64,000 nt of DNA from the human T2T-CHM13v2.0 reference genome, Homo sapiens, in NCBI RefSeq assembly GCF_009914755.1, contig NC_060931.1; one strand, 5' to 3'. The position numbers and the translations under genes are program-made. Under the pieces are notes generated by a model, which made no database searches, was not told where the DNA came from, and saw only the letters and a list, made by a program, of their open reading frames with translations. Shown here piece after piece: positions 53,066-64,000 of this stretch. Numbering within the stretch: position 1 is the stretch's first letter; the number at the start of each line of letters is the position of its first letter.

Positions 53066-54506
53066 TAAACATGGAGCCAAAGTTGGGGAAGTAGAGAGAG
53101 TTACAGGATGACCCTGGAAACGGTGATGTAGCTGTAGCCCAAGCAAGCTAAGCTTGGGAACTTCTCAATGCTAGTGATGAGTGCATTCTTTTTCCTCTTA
53201 TACAGTTTGGATTTCTTTTCTGTCTCATAAGACAGAAAGTTCCTGATTAATACCCTTAGGAATTGAAAAGCTTAAAAAAACTAAAGGATGTTGGTAATAA
53301 TAATAATAGGAATTAAACCATGATTATCCTGGCTGACAGAGACAAAATCACACACACACAATATATATCTTTCAATCAGTTAGTAAAATAAAAAATAAAT
53401 GGAAAAATAGACCCAAGCAAAGCTATAAAAAGTTGTTTCATGGAGAAGCAATGGAGGACGGAGATTAATCTGAGAGTTGCTATTAATGGAGAAACTGAGA
53501 ACTTACGATTTTTCCCGTGAGGTTTTGGTGTAGAATGATATTGTGTGAGTTCTGGCAGCTGAGTCACTTCACACAGCCCGGTGATGCAGTAGGTGTCACA
53601 GAATGACCCTCTCCCAGTTGGTCCTGCCTCTCTGCTACGATGAGTGCGGCCTCTGATCCCCAACAGCTGAATGTGTCTTGAGACCAGGCCCATGAGCACA
53701 AGGGTTTCCATGGTGAAGGTTCCTGGATGGAACACTGTAGATGTTCCTAATGTTCTTTCCTGATGTTCATCTGCCATCTTGCTATTTAATGCAATGTCTT
53801 CTAAATATTGAATAGAAAAAAAGCATTTGTACAGTATGGGCAAAGTATAAAGAATATCCACACACTGGACACACAGACAGGGAGGGGCACCCACAACAAA
53901 CTCCTTTTGCCTGGGAGCAGGTGTTGTCCTTGAGTCCTGTGTCGCCTGTTTCTTCCTCCGCCTTGGCCTACAGGCCCGATGTGATCTAACCTCTGCCTGA
54001 CTCTCCGACTCCATCTCCCCTCCCACTCCTGTTCTTTCTAACAATTATGTTACAGCCTCAGTGAACGTGACAAGGACCCTGAACTTAGTAAAGACAGTGG
54101 CTTTACTAAGACAGAGGTTCATTCCTTTCACATGAAAGTCCAAGCCAGTCGGGTGATTCTTCTTTGTGCATTTTTCAGGGTCTTAGGCTACTTCCATCTT
54201 GCTGCTCTGACTTTCTTAGGGTGTAGCTTCCCCCACAGTGTCCATCCTATCTACTGCCAGTGAGCAGGGAGGGGAGAAGAGAATATGAGGACACAAATCT
54301 TCCTTCCTCTAAAGGCAGTTGCTGTGCACTGGCCTCATGTGCATTGGCCACTGCCTGGTCATGTGGCCACTCCTTGCTGCAAAGGATGCTGGGAAGTTTT
54401 CATCCTGGATGCCAGTGCCCACCTGGGTGACTTCTGAAGTTGAGGGGGGAGGGGACATGAAAGAGAGTCACTGGCTCTTCCCACTGTCATGCACATTGCT
54501 CCAGTC

Positions 54507-54695
54507 TAGGGTGACCCACTGCCTCAGCTTGCTCAGGACTGAGTGGGCTGGTGGGGCACAGACCTTTCAGTTTTATAACAGGGGCAGTTCCAGGCAAATC
54601 ATCCCAGCTTGGCTGAGACTCAGAAGTTTCCTGGGACGTGGGATTTCTAGTGTTAAAACCGGGAAAGTTCTGGGCAAACCTGGACAAGTTGGTGC
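54507..54695. mobile_element. MER94-like (hAT) remnants, two partial copies in tandem
   Basis: tagggtgacc end; gtgttaaaaccgggaaagttctgggcaaacctggacaagttggt. Confidence 0.55.
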
Positions 54696-55139
54696 CTGCC
54701 ATGGGGCCTTTGCATCTACTGTTACCCCTGTCCGGGATTCCCTTTCTGCAACTCTGTGCGGTGCTCACTCCTCTTCTGTTGAGGAAAGGCTGCTCTCTGG
54801 GTGCCCCCCGGGTGCCTGGTCTGCTGTACTCAGCACTACATGCTTTGTGAAAATCCCTCCATGCTCTTCATAGAATGAGATCTGTTCTTTCCACCCTTCC
54901 CTGACCACTTCAGTTTCAAAGTCTCTAAGGATTATTAATTTTTATTCTCTTCACCATTGAAAGATACATCTCTTTCCCTAAGGCTGTGGCTGTGTTCATG
55001 CATAGTCAGATAAATCTGATATTAATAATAACCTGAACGAAAAACATGTATTAAATCCCAAGATTATGATGTAGGAAGCAGGGATTCTGAAGAGATGTGT
55101 AAGCCTAATAAAGGCCAAAGGGTGTGGATTAAAAGGAAA

Positions 55140-55330
55140 TGTGGGGTGGAGAAACATTTCATGAAATAGAACCCCACCTCTTGGGTGAGTTCATTGGTAC
55201 AACGTTTCTAGAGGGCAATTTGGCAACTGGCCAATGAAAGTGCATAACTTTTGGTCCCAAATTTCATTAATAGGCATTTATCCCTAGGAAATAGTCAGAA
55301 AAATATGCAAAGATGAATCTCTAAGGATTT
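55140..55330 (+). mobile_element. Old L1M 3' fragment
   Basis: ggtacaacgtttctagagggcaatttggcaa..taggcatttatccctaggaaata. Confidence 0.6.
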
Positions 55331-55541
55331 TTATAAGAAGAAAGGAGTAGGAAGCATAAATGCCCGCTGGTGGTCCTGCACCCTGGCACCAGTGCTCCCC
55401 TCTCCTAGTGGGTGGGCACACCCTACATTTTCCCAGGCTTCCTTGCAGTGAGTTGTGGCCAGGTGACCAGGTTCTGGCCAATGGGAGGTAATAAAATTGT
55501 TGGGTGGTATTTTTGGAGACCCCCTTCTGTAACTTCTGTCT

Positions 55542-55952
55542 TGATATGGTTTGGATGTTGGTCCCCTCCACATTTCATGTTGAAATGTGATCCCTGATGT
55601 TGGAGGTGGGGCGTGGTGGGAGGTGTTTTGGTGATGTGGGCAGATCCCTCTCACAATGGCTTGGTGCTGTCCCGATGGCAATGACTGAGTTCTTGCTCTG
55701 AGTTTATGGGAGATCTGGTTGTTTAAAGGGCCTGACACATCCTCCTCCTTCTCTTGCTCTTTCTCTCGCCATATGATGTATCTGCTTCCCTTTCACCTTC
55801 TGCCATGATTGGAAGCTTCCTGAGGCCTCCCCAGGAGCAGATGCTGGTGCCATGCCTGTACAGCCTGCAGAACTGTGAGCCAATTAAACCTCTTTTCTAT
55901 AAATAACCCAGCCTCAGGAATTCCTTTATAGCAATGCAGATGGACTGACACA
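55542..55952 (+). mobile_element. MST (MSTB-like) MaLR solo LTR inside an older MLT1 remnant
   Basis: TGATATGGTTTGG..ATTAAA..GACTGACACA; 5-bp TSD tgtct/tatct. Confidence 0.88.
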
Positions 55953-56126
55953 TATCTTTAGTGTCATTTCTTAGTTGTTCCATCCTTTGACATGCTTCCT
56001 GGAATAAGCATATGATGGTTGGAGCTATTCTTGTCATCTTGAACCTTGAGGATTAGGCTTCTACCCTGCGGATAGCAGAATGTCCTCTGGAAGGAAATGA
56101 AAGTCCCTAATGCCACCCCAGACTGA

Positions 56127-56938
<812 letters not shown>

Positions 56939-58134
56939 ATAAAGCTTTATTCTGTTTTAATGAAGCAAAAATGCATAAGTGTGTAAGTGTGATCATATGT
57001 GTGTGTATTGTCTAATAGGAGCACTACATAGCAAAATGCGAATGCTGCTTATCTTTGGTGTTGGAATCACTTGTGATTTAAAATCTTGTTTTCTTCTATT
57101 TTTAAAAACTTTCAAAATGAGTTGTGACTTTGATTATTAGAAAAAAAATCTATAATAATTGAGAGGAAAGAAAACCCCACCTGCTGTTGAAACTGACTGG
57201 AGCTGGGAGAAATGAGAGATTCCTTTGAAAGTGTCACCTCCCTACCAGAAAAGTGGCCTTGCAGGACTGTCCTACAAGCCAGATGTGCCTCTTTCCCTTG
57301 GTCCCTGTACCTGGTGTGAGGTCACACAGACAGTGAGCATCCTTCACAGAGTCTGACCTGCCAAGGTCGGGGGGATGTGGGGGTCTAGTGACATTCAGAA
57401 CCCGGGGGAGCCGAACAGGTGTGACTGTGCGTTTGCAGGATGACCTCTCCCCTCAAAGAGCAAGAAATAACTCTAGTGCAATTTCCAAACATTTACAAGA
57501 GAGGATTTTTAAACTTTTCACTTCTTTATTCCAACTAGCACATTTGGAAGCATAAAATGCACAAAGAAGACCTGCTATTTACAATCGCTTTCACTAAGCC
57601 AGCGTTATATTCAAAAATGGCAGATAAAGCTCATGGCTTTGATGAAAGGGGCAGTCTTTTCATTGGCAACAATTAATACTGCTCCCCGTTCTGGGGAGAA
57701 TTTAAAGAAAATAATTTGGAGGAGATATGGGTTGGCATGACACAAACAAATGATTTCAGATCACAAATGTAATCATTTGATCTTGCTTTACCAAACATTT
57801 CAGAACAATTTGGCATCACATTCTCTTCTGAGTCTGTGAAACTGAATTCTGGGAGAGTCTGAATTCTCAAGGCAGGACTGAGGATAGAAAAGATTTGATG
57901 GCAGAACCCTGGTACTGTGGTTGTCACATGGGTTAAAGACGTAGGCTTGGTTAACCCACCGAACCTGCTTATGTATGAGGCTCACCTGAGAAGGTGATAT
58001 TGACAAGCCCATCCTATGGGTCTGAGGGCTCTTCACCAGGAGTGGAGCAAGGAGGATGGCCCCAGTGTCCCCATCTCTGAACACATTTAGGGGGAGGGCT
58101 GTAGAGCCTGGACAGATCACCACTGGCTCCATGG

Positions 58135-58450
58135 GGAAATTTCAGCAGCACTCATTGCCTGTGTCTGTTCTGTGCCAGGTGCTGTGCTCAGGGCGGGGAT
58201 TTGGGATTCACCAGGGCACAAGGCGACGTGCCTCTCTCCTCACGGACCCTAAGCGCTGGTGGACAATGCAGATGTCAACCGCAAATGATGAGGCACTTGC
58301 AGGTAGCGTTCAGCACCAAGAAGGAAATGAAGGGTGCGTGTCGCTGACTGTGACTCTGGTGGGGGCAACTTAAATAGGGCCATGGGGGAGGGCCTCTCTG
58401 AGGAGGTGACATTTGAGCTGAGGCCTCACCAGTCAGAAGGAAAAAGCTGT
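58135..58450 (-). mobile_element. L2 remnant
   Basis: tgtgccaggtgctgtgctc..gggcctctctgaggaggtgacatttgagctgag. Confidence 0.65.
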
Positions 58451-60462
58451 AAAGGGTCTGGGATAAACTCAACCTGCAGACTTTTAAAATAATATAAGGT
58501 GTTACAGCTCTTTCAGAATTTGTCTAGTATGTTTTCCGGTTTTCACTCCCAGGTAGGCTCGGGAAGAGGCATCTGTGCCCAGCTTGTGGCCTGTTCTTTG
58601 CACTTGCGGTGGAGATCCTCTTCTCCCACAGCTGTCCCCCCGGGGCCTGCTCCCAGGTGGGGTCTGGTTTTCACCAGAAAGCCCTCCATGAAAAAAAAAA
58701 AAAAACACAATTGAATTTGAATTAGTTGCCAACATTTACAGTTTAATTCTAAAAATATGTATTTTCGACTTCGTTGGAAAGTCACACTATCTGACCAGGC
58801 CGGGCTGCGATCTGGTGGATTTCAGTATTTCGGTTTCTGGTTAGGGAGGGTATTTGGGGTTTGCCCCTGCAGCATCTGTCCCAGTGTGGAGCGGGAGTGG
58901 GGGCCCAGGCTTAGTGGGGAGAACTGCAGTGGCCGAGGGTCTTGGCTGTCTCCAGACAGCCGGATGGACCCTGCCATCTCCTGCTTGGGGTGGGCTGGGG
59001 TTCTTTGCTGCCCTCCTCACAGCCCACAGCCTCCTGAATTCCACTGAGACCACCGCCATGTGAGGCTGGGAAGGGAAACCTGCCTTTGTAAGTGAAAGCA
59101 GTTGAAGCCGGGCTGGAATGTGTCAGTCAGAAACTAAAAGGCCCTATCACAAGCATGGCCAGGAAGACTGTCACCATTGTGGCATGCAAATGACAGAGAT
59201 GTGTGGGACAACGTCTACCAAGAGACAAGCCAGGTGAGGGCAGGTTGTCGTGAAGGAAGGAGGGGTCCTCCCCACAGCAGCAGCGCCATCCTGCAGAGAA
59301 ACGGCCCCTGGAGATGGATGCGTTCCAAGGAGGCCCTGTGCTGTGCCTAGTGGGTGGCTCGAGGCCTGAATGCCAGGCACTCAGAGCGGTCAGTGTCCCC
59401 ATGGGAGCAGGGGTGCTCTCAGCTAGGTGATTGGGGTCCTTGGATGGTCAGCCCCTGTGTGTATGCGAGGGGGTGGCCCTCTGCTCTGTCCCTTCTGAAG
59501 GCAGCCATAAGGGCTGGGATCTGGTGGATTTTGGTATTTCAGTTTCTGGTTAGGGAGGGTATTTGGGGTTTGCCCCTCCAGCATCTGTCCCAGTGTGGAG
59601 TGGGGAGCAGCCATAAGGGAAGGAGGCCAAAGCGCTCAGCATCAGATAAGCCTGGATGCAGTTCCTACTTCCTGCCAGGCCAGTGCCTCTGAGCCTCAGT
59701 TTCCTCATCTGTATAGTGGGGTTAATCCCAACCATGTATACTGCCTGCCTGCCACGTGCCAGGCCCTTCTTACACATCTTTGATTGCTTGAGGGCAGGGA
59801 CTTTATTATCCTCCTTTAGAGTTGAGAAAGAAGAGGCACAGAAAGGTTAAACCACTTACCTGGGGTCACACAGCTACTATTGCAGAGTAAAGTCTCCAGA
59901 CTCAAATGGAGCACTAAGCCCCGCCCTGGGCACCAACAGGTGTTCCAGGAATGTCCGGTGCCATTTATCACCTTCATCACCTGCTGGGAGTGCTCATCCC
60001 ATCATGCAAACCCCGTGAGCGTGAAGTGAAGGGACACGTGCAGGATCGAGTGTGCTGGCGGGTAACGTCAGTAAAGTAATAACCACAGGATGATATTCAT
60101 AACCCATATTAGTGCTACCAACAGCCACATCTGCCTGCTTCTCTGGGCCCAGGATTGTCTGCAAGCTCCCAGGAGCTGGTCCTGACTGGGTCAGAAGAAA
60201 GGTCTGAGGTTATGGAAGGAGCAGCTTGCCCAGCTTGTGGCCTGTTTTGTACATTGGAAGTCCCTGTCCCCCACAGCTGTGCCCCAGGGCCTGCTCCCAG
60301 GTGGGCTTGGGAGACCCCAGAGCTGCATGGCTTTAGGCCAGGGTTCTGCTGGGTGCTGTGTGTCTGTGGGAGTGATGCACCCCCGCAAACCTCTCGCCCT
60401 GCCAGCTGCTGGACACACAGCAGCTACAGGGCATGAACTCTGAGACCAGGACCACTGCAGGT

Positions 60463-60551
60463 CCTGGGAGGCAGAAGTTGCAGTGAACCAAGATTGCACC
60501 ACTGCACTCCAGCCTGGGTGACAAAGTGAGATTCTGTCTCAAAAAAAAAAG
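60463..60551 (+). mobile_element. Alu 3' fragment
   Basis: Last ~80 bp of the right arm plus poly(A). Confidence 0.85.
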
Positions 60552-60937
60552 AAACAGACATTTATATGAGACAGTCTGTAGAGGTTTGAAATGCAACATG
60601 ATCCATCATGCAGATTTTTATAGAGAATTAATTGTTTCAGTTCAGTGTGAAGGGAATTAAACTCCTCTCTTCACTAGAATTTTCCAAACTGTTAAGGGGA
60701 CATATGTAATTGTCACCTGCATCACATGTAATCAGGGGCCCATATGAAGAAGTGAAACGTTCTTTTCTTACATGATTGCTTTTGGTGAATTGAGCAGTTT
60801 TGTATTCATCATTCAAAATGCACAGGCCAGGGGAATGCCCAATACTTCCAGCTGCCTACCCTCCCACTCCAACTAACGTAAGCCGGCAAGCAATGGCTGT
60901 TGATAAAGACACAATGGTCATCATCACATTTCAGGGT

Positions 60938-61556
<619 letters not shown>

Positions 61557-62405
61557 ATTTCAGTTTTTTAAAAAATCAAAAAAACATGACTAGATACAAT
61601 CAGGATTTCAGTAGAAGTAGAAAATACGGGAATGTCAGAGAGCAAATAAGTGCAGAGAGAACAGGGGCTGAGAAGAGGAATGTGGGAAGACGGGAAGCGC
61701 TGGGCGGAGATGAGGATAGGGACGGGCTGGGGATGAGGTCTGGAGTGCAGGCTACAGTCAGGAAACCGAAAGCTGCCCAAAGCATTAAGATTGCCTAAGC
61801 CAGAAGCACATGAAGCAGTTTTCAAGAGAATAAGGAGCAAAAGATCATTAAACTCACTTACCAGGAGAGACAAGAGATGGTGGCAGTAATTTAATGAGAG
61901 AGGCCTTGACACTACAAAAAAATCTAAATTCATTCTTTGCCCAACTGTTCATAAGGGAACAGGGGGAAGTGGTTGCCTTCAGAAACCATAATACATTTTT
62001 CTTACTGAGGCAAAATTTACAGAGAGGAAGAGATGGGAAAAAGAAGCAACCGAGGTGATGGGAAATGGAGCTGATTTATTCTTGATGTTGGAGCGGCAGT
62101 TTCTCTAACACAGATAAACTTTAAAAACCAGCTCAGACCCGTCCCTTGAGCCCTCACTGGTCCCTCTCCACAGGTCCCAGCCCGTTCAGAGTTTTCAAGG
62201 AAGCAGCTCCCAGGCTACTGTCACCTTCGTGGGACCTGTGAGCCCCTCATCACCCAAGCTGGCAGAATCCCTCCAACTCATGGCTCCGTGAAACCTGAGT
62301 GCCTGCCTCCGCTGACCGATTCCCTGGGTGGATTTTCTTCTGGTGGTCAGAAAAATACATCAGTCTTTTCCAGATGTCTGGCATTACATTCTGTCATTTG
62401 GAATA

Positions 62406-62832
62406 CAGTTGATTCTTGAACAATGTGGGAGTTAGGGGCACCAAACCCCATGCAGTCGAAAATCCACATGTAATTTTGACTCTGCAAAAACTTAACCACT
62501 GATAGCCTACTGTTGACCAGAAGCCTTACTGGTCAACATAAACAGTTTTTGTATGTTAAATGTATCATATGTTGTATTCCTATAATAAAGTCGGCTAGAG
62601 CAAAGAAAATGTTATTAAGAAAATCATACGGAAGGGAATATACATTTACTCTTCACTAAGTGGAAGTGGGTCATCATAAAGGTCTTCATCCTTGTCTTCT
62701 TCACATTGAGTAGGCTGAGGAGTAGGAGGAGGAAGAGAAGGGGTCTTACTGTCTCGGGGTGGCAGAGGCAGAAGAAAATCTGCGTATATGTGGTCTCTGG
62801 TAGTTCTAACCTGTGTTGTTCAGGGTCCACTG
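62406..62832 (-). mobile_element. Tigger2a/MER28-type DNA transposon
   Basis: TIRs cagttgattcttgaacaa / ttgttcagggtccactg, flanking TA. Confidence 0.85.
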
Positions 62833-63184
62833 TATTTGTTACCCAGTGGGGTGAAATCAAGATAAATTAAACACAGGTAAGTCCCATCTCAAGAAGTCCA
62901 ATACATAAAAATCTGCCCATAGAATACTCAAATGAAACAACTGAAAGAGACCCAAGTCTCTTTTGGATCCAATTTCCTCAACACTGAAGAGGAGAATGTG
63001 GCCCTCTGAGAGGCATTCAGTTGGACTCTGTGTAGTGAGATTGCTGTTTCTTTATCTAGGGTCTGGACAGAGGGTCTGGGCAGAGGTGCGTGTACCTGGT
63101 GAGGATTAATTGAAATGTACTCTTATGATCTGGACACGTTTCTTTTCTTCCTCTTCCTCTTCCTCCTCTCCTCCTCCTCCTCCT

Positions 63185-63540
63185 TTTTTTTTTTAATAGA
63201 GATGAGGTCTCACTATGTTGCCCAGGCTGGTCTCAAACTCCTGACTTCAAGTAATCGACCCACCTCGGCCCCACAAAGTGCTGGGATTACAGGTGTGAGC
63301 CACCGCTCCTGGCCTGGGCACTTTTCTTATGCATGCTGTCATTCAATATTTTTACTCCCAGTGGGATTTTGATTGAGGAAGAGCAAGGCATTTTTTGTTT
63401 TGTTTTGTTTTTGAGATGGAGTCTCGCTCTGTTGCGCAGGCTGGAGTGCAATGGCACGATCTCGGCTCACTGCAACCAACCTCATCTCACTTGTCCTCCC
63501 AAAGTTCTGGCATTACAGGCCTGAGACACCGTGCCCAGCC
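63185..63540 (-). mobile_element. Alu left monomer (63185-63318) and internally deleted Alu (63392-63540)
   Basis: Alu consensus; gagcaaggcatt TSD at 63381 and 63542. Confidence 0.82.
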
Positions 63541-64000
63541 TGAGCAAGGCATTCTTTAAAGGTGAGCCACCCCACTGCGAGGCTGTTTGAGCCACTCCCT
63601 CAGGAACCACCCATTCCTGGTTCTTTCCCATGGGATTTGCTCCAGCCTCTGCTGCTCTGGCTTCCCCAGCTTCCCATTCCTGGCTCCCCTCCTACCCTGC
63701 TGCTTTGTCATGTCCCCTCCAGATCCCCCAAGGACCCTGGCTGGGCTGGCCCTCCCATCCCAGAGTCCCCTGTGGCCCCCACTGTCTTGGCTCAGGGAAG
63801 CCTCTTTTCCAGACAGGCCCATCCTGGCCACCACCCCACCCTCCATCCCCCAGATGGCACATGTACAAGTCCATCACAGACCCCATCAGAGCCCAGATTT
63901 CTTTGGTGAAGATGTGACTTGGCACAGATCAACCCACTCTCTTGAAATTGCATTTCTGGGCTGCATAAGCCAGAGGCAGGGCACAGCTGGTATCCAGACC

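Noticed and set aside
48231-53146. Repetitive mucin-like ORFs in the satellite
   Set aside because: Monomer lengths shift frame constantly and stops are frequent; longest ORF is ~105 aa
47418-53232. Similar acceptor-like motifs (ttcctc..acagttt..cataaga) on either side of the satellite
   Set aside because: Too short and AT-rich to distinguish from chance
53376-54044. 222 aa minus-strand ORF
   Set aside because: Non-ATG start in apparent repeat-derived sequence and no recognisable domain; a non-coding exon cannot be excluded

Overview
Primate nuclear DNA, probably hominoid given an AluYe5-type element at 44924. I find no intact protein-coding gene. Bases 1 to ~35100 are a head-to-tail duplication with a period of about 23.3-23.5 kb. 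Each unit is an old mitochondrial insertion (NUMT), an Alu/LTR nest, and an unprocessed GUSB pseudogene (exons 1-4 plus promoter, minus strand). Copy 1 shows ND3 to control region (1-6517, cut by the window edge). Copy 2 is a 12.9 kb NUMT from mid-ND1 to the control region (17054-29932). The copies differ by about 8% in the one 120-bp stretch I hand-aligned, and they share the same NUMT/Alu junction and several disabling lesions. Between them lies a 2 kb minisatellite of ~39 Alu 5' heads separated by (CCT)n tracts. The right half is repeat-rich intergenic DNA (Alu, MIR, L2, MaLR LTRs, Tigger2a, MADE1). It contains a 5.6 kb GC-rich satellite with a 98-bp dimer sub-array, higher-order blocks and an internal inversion, plus a MADE1 element that appears to have captured a piece of that satellite. 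From memory the NUMT/GUSB-pseudogene arrangement resembles the human chr7 pericentromeric GUSBP clusters; this is unverified and needs a BLAT search. I see no evidence of a new gene system; the most unusual signals are structural. Repeat boundaries are by-eye estimates.
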